From assembly GCA_009692925.1 (NCBI GenBank), contig SHYG01000003.1, positions 1-54,473 on the forward strand: a stretch of DNA of 54,473 nt. The letters are read 5' to 3'. Shown here piece after piece: positions 13,739 to 24,526 of this stretch. The notes under the pieces were generated by a model. The model had not been told where the DNA came from and ran no database searches. It saw nothing but the letters and a program-made list of their open reading frames with translations. The stretch's first letter is position 1, and every line of letters starts with the position of its first letter. Position numbers and translations under genes: made by a program. This stretch comes from Dehalococcoidia bacterium. GTDB taxonomy: Bacteria > Chloroflexota > Dehalococcoidia > Lucifugimonadales > UBA3495.

Positions 13739-14157
13739 GCATGAGTCAGCCAGGACAATGCTCTCGTCATTCCGGCGAAAGCCGGAATCTACTAGCTTAA
13801 CTCTTCGTACAAGTCACGCCATTCCGGATTTGACTCTTCGATCAACGCCATCTTCCAGGCGCGTTTCCACCCCTTGATGGTCTTCTCGCGGGAGATTGCA
13901 CTCTCCATCGTGCTGTGCGCTTCGTACCACACCAACGTATGTACTCCGTAACGTTGGGTGAACCCCTCGACTAGGTCATTCTTGTGTTGCCAGATACGTT
14001 GGATGAGGTTGGAGGTCACGCCTAGGTACAAAGTACCGTTTTGCCTGCTCGCAAGAAGGTATACGCAGGGCTGCCACTCTGGGTTCCGGCCTCCGCCGGA
14101 ACGACGATGGCCGTACACCAGGTGCTCCTCGTTACCAAATTTCGGGATGACTCATGT
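13739..14157. mobile_element. CGTC-type repeat doublet, copy B, carrying a GIY-YIG gene
   Basis: Arms 13760-13791 and 14079-14107 bracket the nuclease ORF. Outer imperfect IR: catgagtcagccag (13740) / cgggatgactcatg (14143-14156). Confidence 0.75.
13792..14118 (-). CDS. Small GIY-YIG nuclease
   Basis: PCVYLLAS..NGTLYLGVT.NL..R..QHK, GFT.RY.V..LVWYE, AI.REK.IK.W.R.WK..LIE..NP.W.DL. Start uncertain: the only in-frame start is GTG 14118, beyond the repeat arm. Confidence 0.9.
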   Translation of the reverse strand: MYGHRRSGGGRNPEWQPCVYLLASRQNGTLYLGVTSNLIQRIWQHKNDLVEGFTQRYGVHTLVWYEAHSTMESAISREKTIKGWKRAWKMALIEESNPEWRDLYEELS

Positions 14158-14245
14158 GTTCATTCCCTTGGGTGATGGGTTCGGGCTGGAGTGCCCTCTC
14201 GGAGCAACTTAACAATCCATCAGCGATTTTGCCTGATGTTACGGC

Positions 14246-14584
14246 CTACGGCCCCCTCGTAAGCCCATCAGCCGGGGTATAGATGTCCTCCGCAGGGTCC
14301 TCCAAGAAACTAAAGGCAGGGTTTCGCGCGGCAGCCTTGAGCCATTCCTTCTCTTCTGGAGCATCGTCGCTGCGCAGTTGTAGCAGTAGGTCGAGGATTG
14401 CGTGCAACCTGGCGGCGAGCTCTTCGTGCGTCATGTCCTGAGCAGACATCAGCAGCACTTGATACTCGCCGGGTGTGACAGTCGTCAACGGCTGGCTCAG
14501 ACGCAGCCAGCCCTGCTCATCCACCTTTCCGGTAGCGCACACAGGCTTCAATGAGAAGCTTGACGGTTTTGCTTTTCGCTCCAT
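14246..14584 (-). CDS. Hypothetical protein with antitoxin-like C-terminus
   Basis: EWLKAAARNPAFSFLEDPAEDIY tail; ATG abuts the pyk stop. Confidence 0.5.
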   Translation of the reverse strand: MERKAKPSSFSLKPVCATGKVDEQGWLRLSQPLTTVTPGEYQVLLMSAQDMTHEELAARLHAILDLLLQLRSDDAPEEKEWLKAAARNPAFSFLEDPAEDIYTPADGLTRGP

Positions 14585-14585
14585 A

Positions 14586-16067
14586 TTACCGCCGCGTCCC
14601 CGCCGTGCGCCGTGGCTGGGGGGCTGCCGCCTGGGTTGCCTCCGCTTGACTGATGCTGGTCAGGTACTCATGCACGTCCAGCACTTGGACGGTGTTGGTG
14701 GTGCCGGTAACCCCCGTCAGGAAGCCGTGGACAATGGTCACCACATCCGTTTCCCCCACCAGCTTGCTGTCCAGAGCCGCCTGAATAATCATGGCCACCA
14801 GCTTGGGCACGTCCTGCTCCGCCTTTAGCACACCCATGGGCGCCAGTCCCCAGCCCAGAGCCACCTTGCGCAGCACCTTGGGGTCGTGGGAGAAGACAAT
14901 GATGTCAGCGTCGGGCCGGAACCGGGCCACCTCAAAGGCCGCCCGCCCGGTGCTGGTCAGCACAATGGGCTTGGCATGGAGCGACTTTACCAGCCCCGCC
15001 GCCGCGCCGGCAATGGCCTCCGTGCGGTCCCTGGAGGTGTAGTCGCGGAAGTAGGGGTAAATCTTCTCCGCCTGCCGGATGGTGGCGTCGGCTACCTTGA
15101 CCGCCTCCACCGGGTAATGGCCTATGGCCGTCTCGTCCGAGAGGAGGATGGAGTCGCAGCCGTCCAAGACAGCGTTGGCAATGTCGGAGACCTCCGCCCG
15201 TGTGGGCGTGGGCGAGTCCACCATGGACCGCAGCATCTGGGTGGCGATGCAGGACGTCTTCGCCGCCTCGTTGGCCCGCTTGGCGATGTGTTTCTGGACC
15301 AGGGGCACCTCTTCCATGGGGATCTCCACACCCAGGTCTCCCCGGGCCACCATTACGCCGTGGACCTCCTTGAGAATCCCCTCCAGGTTCTCCGGCTCAA
15401 TGCCCTCCCGCTTCTCCAGCTTGGCCATCACCAGCGCCTTGCTGCCGATGATCTCCAGGTAGGCCTTGGCATCCCGTATGTCCTGGGCGGTGCGGACAAA
15501 GGAAATCCCCACCCAGTCCACGTCCTGCTCCACCCCGAACTTCAGGTCAACCTTGTCTTTCTCAGTCAGCACGGGCAGGTCTACTTTCACACCGGGCAGG
15601 TTCACTCCCTTGTTGGAGGTGATGACGCCGCCGTTGCGCACCCGGGTGCGTATCCTCAACCCCTGCTTCTCCAAAACCTCCAGGCAGAAGGTGCCATCGG
15701 AGATGTAGACCAGGTCGTCCACCTTCAAGTTGCGCAGTATTGCCGGTTCAGGGAAGGGCAGCACGTCGGGCTGGTCCGAGGTAGCGTCGGGGACTATCCA
15801 GACCTCATCTCCCCGGTTGATGCGGACCGGCTGGGCGACCTTGCCCAGTCGCAGCTTGATGCCCCCCAAGTCTTGCAGGATGGCCACGGTGCGACCGTGC
15901 TCCACCGACAGCCTTCTCAGGTCGCGGATTACCTCCGCGTGCTCCGCGTGGGTGCCGTGGGAGAAGTTGAGCCGGGCGCAGTCCATGCCCGCGTCAATCA
16001 GCTCTCCCAGGGTTTTCACGTCCCGCGATTGAGGCCCGATCGTTACCATGATCTTGGTTTTGCGCAT
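14586..16067 (-). CDS. pyk: Pyruvate kinase
   Basis: RKTKI..TIGP, ARLNFSHG, MVARGDLGVE, ATQML.SM, PTRAEVSD. Confidence 0.97.
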   Translation of the reverse strand: MRKTKIMVTIGPQSRDVKTLGELIDAGMDCARLNFSHGTHAEHAEVIRDLRRLSVEHGRTVAILQDLGGIKLRLGKVAQPVRINRGDEVWIVPDATSDQPDVLPFPEPAILRNLKVDDLVYISDGTFCLEVLEKQGLRIRTRVRNGGVITSNKGVNLPGVKVDLPVLTEKDKVDLKFGVEQDVDWVGISFVRTAQDIRDAKAYLEIIGSKALVMAKLEKREGIEPENLEGILKEVHGVMVARGDLGVEIPMEEVPLVQKHIAKRANEAAKTSCIATQMLRSMVDSPTPTRAEVSDIANAVLDGCDSILLSDETAIGHYPVEAVKVADATIRQAEKIYPYFRDYTSRDRTEAIAGAAAGLVKSLHAKPIVLTSTGRAAFEVARFRPDADIIVFSHDPKVLRKVALGWGLAPMGVLKAEQDVPKLVAMIIQAALDSKLVGETDVVTIVHGFLTGVTGTTNTVQVLDVHEYLTSISQAEATQAAAPQPRRTAGTRR

Positions 16068-16140
16068 GGCGCCCTTCCTTCCGCCGGTTCAGTGCGGCGG
16101 CGCACTAGGTCCAAATTGTGTCGGTCTTGGATTTATTCCC

Positions 16141-16201
16141 GCCGGGATTTGGGGATTAGGGGTTTCATTTAACGTTAATCCGCTAATCTCCTAATCCCGG
16201 C
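16141..16201. repeat. Imperfect inverted repeat built from short ggatt(a/t)g units
   Basis: gccgggatttggggattag versus reverse complement of ctaatctcctaatcccggc, 17/19; lies downstream of the LLM gene. Confidence 0.55.
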
Positions 16202-16211
16202 CTGTTGACTC

Positions 16212-17375
16212 TTATTGCCGCCGGGCGTCGTAGGCGTTGGTGGCGGCCTTCAGCCCGGCCCGGCGGTTGACCTGCAACTCGTCCCGCTTGCTTCGGGTCC
16301 AGCGATTGGACGCGGTTATGCCTTCCAGGGAGCCCTGGAACTGGGGCATCACGTACCGGGCCAGCAGCTCGTAGCTGTTCAGCACTTTCTCCCGGGGCGC
16401 CCAGTCCTCAACTCGCACCATGAACTTGCCAAACCCGCCGCTCATCTCCTGCAGCCGCTGGATGCCGGCAATGCAATCATCGGGGGTGCCCACGATCCAC
16501 TGGTTTTGCTCCGACATAAAGTCCACAATCTTGTCGAAGGGCGCGTTGGGCGGCTCATGGCCCAGGGTCTGGCCAAAATACTCGGTGACCACCCGCGCAC
16601 CGCCGACGCGGATGTCGTCAAAGGCCTGTTTCTTGGTCTCCGCCAAGTGACAGCCCACCACCAGCGCCCAGTTCTCCCGGTGCATGGTCTTGCCGTGCTC
16701 GGCGGCGCTTTCCTCCGCGATGGCCCACAGCTCCTTCAGGTTGGTCTCCCGCACCAGTCCCCGGGGCACGCTGAGGGAGAGGACGCTGGCCCCGTGCTTG
16801 CCCGCCACCTGCACGCCGGCGGGCGACTGCACGGAGGCCACCGCCACGGGAGTATGGGGCTGCTGGTAGGGGCGCAGTTGCAGCGTCGCTTCCCGGAGCT
16901 GGAACCAATCGCTCTTATAGGTAATCGGCTCGGTCTCCGTGAAGAGGCGGAGAATAATCCCCAGGGACTCGTCCATCATCTCCCGCTGTCGCGACGGGTC
17001 AATGCCGAACATGTAGGCGTCGGAGGCCAGGGCGCCGGGGCCCACCCCCAGAATTACCCGGCCGCGGGTGAGGTGGTCCAGCAGCACCATGCGATTGGCC
17101 ACCATGTAGGGGTGGTGGTAGGGCAGGCTTACCACGCCGGTGCCCAGCCGGATGTGCCGGGTGCGCTCCGCGGCGGTGGCGATGAACACCTCCGGGGAGC
17201 AGATGGTCTCCCAGCCGGCGCTGTGGTGCTCGCCGATGTAGGCTTCGTCAAAACCCAGCACGTCCAGCCACTGGAGCAGCTCCAGGTCGCGCTCCAGGGC
17301 CAGGGTCGGGTTCTCGCCCACCCGGTGGAAGGGCGCCATGAACACGCCGAACTTCATTCTGCTGAGTTGGATCAT
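16212..17375 (-). CDS. Luciferase-like (LLM) flavin-dependent monooxygenase, LimB-like
   Basis: MKFGVFMAPFH, GFDEAYIGEHHS.GWE, IRLGTGVVSLPYHHP, LDHLTRGR..LGVGPG. Confidence 0.9.
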   Translation of the reverse strand: MIQLSRMKFGVFMAPFHRVGENPTLALERDLELLQWLDVLGFDEAYIGEHHSAGWETICSPEVFIATAAERTRHIRLGTGVVSLPYHHPYMVANRMVLLDHLTRGRVILGVGPGALASDAYMFGIDPSRQREMMDESLGIILRLFTETEPITYKSDWFQLREATLQLRPYQQPHTPVAVASVQSPAGVQVAGKHGASVLSLSVPRGLVRETNLKELWAIAEESAAEHGKTMHRENWALVVGCHLAETKKQAFDDIRVGGARVVTEYFGQTLGHEPPNAPFDKIVDFMSEQNQWIVGTPDDCIAGIQRLQEMSGGFGKFMVRVEDWAPREKVLNSYELLARYVMPQFQGSLEGITASNRWTRSKRDELQVNRRAGLKAATNAYDARRQ

Positions 17376-17554
17376 ATGGCCACCCCCGTCTTATACCGGC
17401 TTGATTAGAGCTATTCTAGCATGGGCGCACGGCTACATCCAATTCCTGACCCCGCGTTGACACCCCACTTTCCCCTGCCTGGAATACGGGTATATCGCGG
17501 GTTGGTGCGCAAGCCACAGCTAGAGCACCGTCCAGCCATGTGGAGGGAAGCGCC

Positions 17555-18689
17555 ATGAAGTTTGGTCTCTTTTACGAAATTCAGGTGCCACGTCCCGTGT
17601 CGCCCGTGCCGGAGCACCAACGCATCCTGGAGGTCATCAAGCAGGTGGCGCTGGCGGAGGAAATGGGCTTTGAGCACGTGTGGTTCGTGGAGCACCACTT
17701 TCTCACCGAGTGGGCCCACTGCAGCGCCTCGGAGGTGATGCTGGCGGCCATCAGCCAGCATCACCAGCAATATGCGCCTGGGGTTTGGCGTGGTGCTGCT
17801 GTCGGTGCACCACCCGCTGCACGTGGCGGTAAAGACCGCGACTCTGGACGTGCTCAGCGGCGGGCGGGTGGACGTGGGCGTGGGGCGCTCCGGCAACCCC
17901 TACCAGCTCACCCCCTTTGGCGTGAAGCTGGAGGACACCCGCGGCATGTGGGAAGAGTCCCTGTCCATGCTGCCCAATATCTGGACTCAAGAGGTGTTCT
18001 CCCACCAGGGCAAGTACTACAACGTGCCCGAGCGGTAGGTAATCCCCAAGCCCTTCCAGAAGCCGCATCCTCCCCTGTGGTCGGCCTGCAGCCAGGACGA
18101 CACCTTCCAGCGGGCCGGAGAGCTGGGCATCGGCTGCCTGTGCAATGTGCTGGGCCAGTACGACACCGTGGAGCGCCGCATCAACATCTACCGCGAGGCG
18201 ATAAAGACGGCCCAGTCGGTGGGCAAATTCATCAACAACAAGGTGGTGGTGTCCAGCATCGGCTTCTGCGACGAGAACAAGCAGCGCGCGCGGGAGCGGG
18301 GGGCGGAGATCGCCGCGTGGAACGTGAACATCCGGCTGAAGAACTATGCCAAGGGTTGGGAGGGCGTGGACCTCGGCAAGGTGCCCGCCGATTATAAGCA
18401 CCACGTGCGCCGCGCCGAGTGGGACCCGCAGATGCGCAAGGGGGTCAGCTCGGAGGAGGTGCTTTCCTCAGGGCGGTTCTGCGTGGGCACCCCCGACGAG
18501 TGCATTGAGGTGGTGGAGAACTACGAGCGCATCGGCGCCGACCAGATCATGCCCATCTTCCAGGCGGGCCCCGCCACGGACGCCGAGGTGAAGAACTCCC
18601 TGCGCCTCTTCGGCAAGTACGTGATTCCCCACTTCAAGGAGAAGGAGCGCCGGGCCAAGGCCGCCGCGGCCGCCTTGGCGGGCAACTAG
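17555..18689 (+). pseudogene. Second LLM oxidoreductase with frameshift and in-frame TAG
   Basis: MKFGLFYEIQ...VEHHF; +1 base near 17760 (ISQH/TSNMRLG); TAG at 18036-18038 inside NVPER*VIPKPFQKPHPP; frame continues to 18689. Confidence 0.88.
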
Positions 18690-18722
18690 GAGCCAAAAAC
18701 GCTACAGCGGTGTCTGCGTCAC

Positions 18723-18751
18723 GTAAGGGCGGGTTTCAATCCCGCGCCTAC
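18723..18751. repeat. GTAG-type REP palindrome (degenerate)
   Basis: gtaagggcgggtttcaatcccgcgcctac; decayed relative of the 37793 copy. Confidence 0.65.
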
Positions 18752-19762
18752 GGGATCACCACCACTGTGACATCCGTCAGCGTGCCGGTGCGGTTGTTTC
18801 CCGACCGGATCGCCTTGGTCGGTGGGTCAGCTAGAGTGTCGAACAAGACCTGCGTGCCGCTCTCGCCGGTAACATCCAGCGCCTCAAACTCCACCCACGC
18901 CAGGGTGAACTCCTCGGTCATTGGGCTGTTGGTGTCGGACGCGCCGGCGGCATACCCTACTTGTCCCAGCGAGTTGTCAAACGCCGGCACCGGCAGTTCC
19001 TGGTCAAGATATAAGTAACCAGCTATGTCGGTGACTTTCAGCGTTGCCGGGTTAAACTTAAGGTAGACCTGCACCGTGTCCACTGGACTGTCGGTGCTGG
19101 CGGCGACCCACACGTCCACGTAGAACAAGCTTCCCTTGGTGATTGGCGGTGGGTCTGCCAACAGAGTAAGGTTCACCGGGGAGGTGCCAAGTGGAGTTGG
19201 CGGTGTTGGAACAGCTGTTGGCTCAGGCGCAGGTTCGGGTGTCGGTGTAGGCGCGACTGTCGGCGTGGCAGTTGCCGCTGGCGCCGGCGTGCGTGTCGGC
19301 GTGGGCGCCACTGTCGGTGTGGCCGTTGACCCTGGCGCCGGAGTGCGCGTAGGGGTTGGCGCGACTGTCGGCCCTGTGGCAACTGTGGGTGCAGGAGCTG
19401 GCGTCCGGGTTGCCGCGGGTGGTGGAGCCGTTGCCGCAGGCGCCCCCCACCGCCACCGGCGGGAGGCTTCGCCGTGGGTGTGGGCGTCGCGGGTGGCAGT
19501 GGCGCAGGTGTTAAAGTGGGCACTGGTACTGGAGTGTCGGTAGGCCCTGGCGTGGGCGCCGCGGTCGGTACCGGGGTGGCGGTAGCTGGCCGGGGAGTTG
19601 GCGTGACCGGCACCCCGGCCGGCTGGGGCGCCGATCGGATCCGGGGAATGATTACCAGGGTCGGTGTTACCGGCGGTGGGCCGGAGGTTGGCGCCGCGGG
19701 CGCTTCCCACAGGCCACCAGCAGGGCTAGCACAAGGGCGACCAGGAGTCGTGCCAGGCTCAT
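18748..19762 (-). pseudogene. Lipoprotein with Pro/Thr-rich stalk and C-terminal cohesin-like domain, two frameshifts
   Basis: MSLARLLVALVLALLVACG lipobox; frame changes near 19706 and at G6 19443-19448; TVAPTPTRTPAP repeats; DTVQVYLKFNPATLKV beta domain. Confidence 0.7.
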
Positions 19763-19775
19763 GGGCGCACCGCCT

Positions 19776-21026
<1,251 letters not shown>

Positions 21027-21158
21027 GGGTGTCTGTCTCCTGTTCCAAGGTGTGAACAGACATCATTATAGTTGCTGGCTATCTGCGGCGACAGTGGTTG
21101 TCCGTAACGGTCGGAAACTGTGAGGTATTGGCGGTAACTGCGGGGGGGGCGAATAGAC

Positions 21159-21186
21159 GTAGGGGCGCACAGCTGTGCGCCCCTAC
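21159..21186. repeat. GTAG-type REP palindrome
   Basis: Perfect 28-bp palindrome gtaggggcgcacagctgtgcgcccctac. Confidence 0.85.
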
Positions 21187-21214
21187 CGGGTAGAACCAAT
21201 CGCCGGGTTCGGAC

Positions 21215-22716
21215 TTACGGCACCTTGGACTGCAGCCCCTGGGCCAGGACGATGTCGTCGGCGTGGTTAATGGTACAGGAGTAGCGGTGGGTCACCGCGT
21301 CGCCCAGGGCTGCCGCGGAGGGCATGCCGGCGCCGCTCTTCTTTAGTCCGCCGAAGGGCAGGTGCACCTCGGCGCCAATGGTGGGAAAGTTGACATAACC
21401 CACGCCGAACCGGACCTCCTCCCGCACCTGGCGGATCTTGCGGTAGTCCCGGCTGCACACCGACATGGCAAACCCGTAATCGCTGTCGTTGTAGATGTGC
21501 ACCGCCTCCGCCAGCTCCTTGAAGGGGATCAGCGCCACGTGGGGGCCGAACACCTCTTCGCGCAGCACCCGCTGGGGGCCGTGCTTCATCACGTAGGCAA
21601 AAGGCGATGCGAAGTAGCCGTGCTTGTGGTCCTTGTCCTCCAGCCGTCCGCCATCCAGCAGCACCTGGGCTCCCTCCTGCTTGGCCAGCTTGTTGTATGC
21701 CAGCACCTTGTCCAGTCCGGCCTGGCTCACCATCGGCCCCATGAAGGTGTCGTCGGCCAGGGGGTCGCCGATCTTCAGCCGGCCCGCCTTGGCGGTGAAT
21801 GCCTGCACGAACTTGTCGAAAATGCCCTCCTGCACAATGAGGCGGGAGGCGGACACGCACCGCTGCCCGACGGTCTTGAAGGCCGACAGCACCGCGGCAT
21901 TTACGGCCAGGTCGAAGTCGGTGTCGTCGAAGACAATGATGGCGTTCTTGCCGCCCATCTCCGCGGCCACATACTTGTTGTAGTCTCGCGCCGCTTCCTG
22001 CCGGATGCGGGCGCCCACGTCGTAGGAACCGGTGAAGAGCACCACGTCCACGTCCGGGTGAGTCACCAGCGGCCAGCCGGCCTCCTCGCCGTAGCCATGC
22101 ACCAGGTTCAGCACCCCCGGCGGCAGGCCGGCCTGCTCAAACAGCTCCACCAGCCGCTGGGCGACTAAGGGAGTCTCCTCCGCGGGTTTCAGGATCACGG
22201 TGTTGCCCTCCACCAGAGAAGGGCAGATGAGCCACAGCGGAATGGCAAATGGGAAGTTCTAGGGGCTGATGCAGGTAACCACCCCCTTGGGGTGGCGCAT
22301 CACGTAGCTCTCTTTCTCGGCAATCTCCGAGGCCAGCACCTACCCCAGGTTCATCCGCGCCTGGCCAAACCAGTACTGGGCGCAGTGCAGGCTCTCCACC
22401 ACATCGGCGCGGGACTTGTTGAGGGCCTTGCCGCACTCCTGGGCCATCAGCCGGGCCAGCTCCTCGGTGTGGGGCTTCACCAACTGGGCGAAGGCGTCCA
22501 GGTACTCGGCGCGCTTGATTTTGGAGAGCTTGGACCATTTGGGATAGGCGTCGCGGGCAGCGCGCACCGCCGCGTCGGCCTCCCGGCTGCCGGAGCGGGG
22601 GAAGACACCCAGCTTCTTGCGGGTGTCCGCGGGGGAGCGGTCCTCAAAGGTCTCCTCGGTGGCAGCGGACACCCACTGCTCGCCGATGAAGTTCATGCCG
22701 CGACCGGTTTTCGCAT
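21215..22716 (-). pseudogene. Aldehyde dehydrogenase with three lesions
   Basis: SD-preceded ATG 22716 is one base out of frame; TAG at 22340-22342 and at 22259-22261 (ISP*NFP, conserved Trp); FTGS, EMGGKN, GQRC and EEVFGP are intact. Confidence 0.9.
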
Positions 22717-22829
22717 GGCAATCCTCCCAGGGATACAGTCCTGATACTCTCAGCGTAGCACTGGGGCGAGGGATGGGAAAGGGTTAGGCATGACCCGGCA
22801 ACGCGAGCAGGATATATCAAAGGCGCGGA

Positions 22830-22869
22830 GTACGAAAATCCCCCCCTCGCAAGGGGGGGATTTTCGTAC
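22830..22869 (-). terminator. Intrinsic terminator-like hairpin after the CoA-transferase
   Basis: Perfect 18-bp stem, 4-nt loop, 20 nt after the stop. Confidence 0.7.
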
Positions 22870-22889
22870 CAGCCCCAGCGCCTCCGATA

Positions 22890-24128
22890 CTACACCACCC
22901 CGTCGCGCTCCATCTGCGCCAACTCCGCCGTCGTCAGCCCGCCGATGCCGCACAGGATTTCGGCGTTGTGCTCCCCCAGGCTGGGGGGCGTGCCGGTGGG
23001 GGTGTCGGGCGACTCGGTGAGGCGGATAGGAGTGTTGGCGGCGCGGAAGGTGCCGCCGATGCCGTCGCTCATCGTCACAAACATCTTCCGAGCCTCCAGG
23101 TGAGGGCACTGGTCAATCTCTGCAGTGTTCTGCACCACGCCCATGGAGTAGCCCAGCTTGATGAGCTGCTGGGCGATGTCCAGCTTGAGTTGGTGCTGCG
23201 ACCACTCCTCGATGGCCGGCACTACGTAGTTGAAGTAGAACTCCCCGGTGACGCCCTGGCCGAGGTAGCGGGTGTCGCTAACCAGGTCCTCGCGCCCAAT
23301 GTGCCGCCACAGGGCCGCCCACTTGTCGGCGGTGCCCGCGCCAGCCAGCACCGCGTAGCCGTCCTTGGCCTTTACCGCTAGCTGGGCGGTGAACATGTTC
23401 TCCCTGGCCCGGCTGGTCACCTCACCGGTGGCCTGGTAGTGGGGCATGGAGCTGGTGGTGTGGGCCACCATGCAGTCGTACATGGCCATATCCACGTGCT
23501 GGCCCAGCCCGGTCTTGCGGCGGCCCTCCAGGGCCATCATCACGCCTAGGGCGGTCCACACGCCGGGCACCGAGTCGCCGATGTTGTCGCCCACCATCTG
23601 GGGCGGGCCATCCGGCGCGCCGGTAATCTCCATCCAGCCGCCCATGGCCTGCACGCAGGGGTTGTTGGCCGGCCACTGGGAGTATGGTCCCCGCAGGCCA
23701 TCGCTGTCGCCGAAGCCCGTAATGGTGGCGTACACCAGGCCGGGGTTAATCTCCCGCAGATGGTCGTAGCCGTAGCCCAGCCGCGCCATGGCGCCGGGGC
23801 CCCAGTTGTCCAGCAGCACGTCAGAGACGCGCACCAGGTTCCCGAAGGCCCGCTGGCCCCGGGGGTCTCGGATGTCCAGGGTGACGCTCTTCTTGTTGCG
23901 GTTCACCCCCAGAAAGCGGGCGCTAACCTTCTGCCCATCCTCTGACGTGACGAAAGGGTGGTTGTGCCGCGCCCGGTCTCCCGACTTGGGGCGCTCCACC
24001 TTGATGACCTCCGCTCCCATGTCCGCCAGGATCATGGAGCAGAAAGGCCCTGCGACGATGTGGGTGGCATCCAGCACGCGCAGGCCATTCAGGGGCAAGG
24101 GCTGCTGGCTTGGCTGGCGAGTGGTCAT
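22890..24128 (-). CDS. CaiB/BaiF family III CoA-transferase
   Basis: PLNGLRVLD, AGPFC...LADMGAEVIKVE, NRNKKS, ITGFG, PSLGEHN; AGGAG SD before ATG 24128. Confidence 0.93.
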   Translation of the reverse strand: MTTRQPSQQPLPLNGLRVLDATHIVAGPFCSMILADMGAEVIKVERPKSGDRARHNHPFVTSEDGQKVSARFLGVNRNKKSVTLDIRDPRGQRAFGNLVRVSDVLLDNWGPGAMARLGYGYDHLREINPGLVYATITGFGDSDGLRGPYSQWPANNPCVQAMGGWMEITGAPDGPPQMVGDNIGDSVPGVWTALGVMMALEGRRKTGLGQHVDMAMYDCMVAHTTSSMPHYQATGEVTSRARENMFTAQLAVKAKDGYAVLAGAGTADKWAALWRHIGREDLVSDTRYLGQGVTGEFYFNYVVPAIEEWSQHQLKLDIAQQLIKLGYSMGVVQNTAEIDQCPHLEARKMFVTMSDGIGGTFRAANTPIRLTESPDTPTGTPPSLGEHNAEILCGIGGLTTAELAQMERDGVV

Positions 24129-24139
24129 GGTTGTCTCCT

Positions 24140-24167
24140 GTAGGGGCACGGCATGCCGTGCCCCTAC
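24140..24167. repeat. GTAG-type REP palindrome
   Basis: Perfect 28-bp palindrome gtaggggcacggcatgccgtgcccctac. Confidence 0.85.
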
Positions 24168-24270
24168 TCTGGTTTTTGGCGTTCCGGTACGGTGTTTAGA
24201 ATACTACCAAACCCGGCCACCGGCTAGAGGGCGATACAGACCTGGGGTTCTAGCACCTGTGCTTTACCGG

Positions 24271-24451
24271 TACATGAAGCAAAACTCTCGTCATTCCGGC
24301 GAAAGCCGGAATCCAGCTACTGCAACGCCACGTGGCATGGGCATTAACCAGCCTGACCTCGGCGCGGTCGCCCTGGGTTCCGGCCTCCGCCGGAACGACG
24401 AAAGGGAAGCACATGATGTTCCTCGCGGATGCATTCGGGATGACCCATATA
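24271..24451. repeat. CGTC-type repeat doublet, copy C (empty)
   Basis: Arms 24285-24316 and 24373-24401, each with 29 bp identical to copy B; distal motif ttcgggatgacccatata. Confidence 0.85.
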
Positions 24452-24526
24452 CCCGAACTCCAAAAAGAGAGGCGCTCCGATTTAATCGGGGCGCCTCTCC
24501 AGCGGGTCTTGGATTTCGGGCGGGTG

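Noticed and set aside
19240-19400. Tandem repeats that might be a CRISPR array
   Set aside because: They are in-frame Pro/Thr linker repeats with no unique spacers; no array or cas gene is seen in the window.
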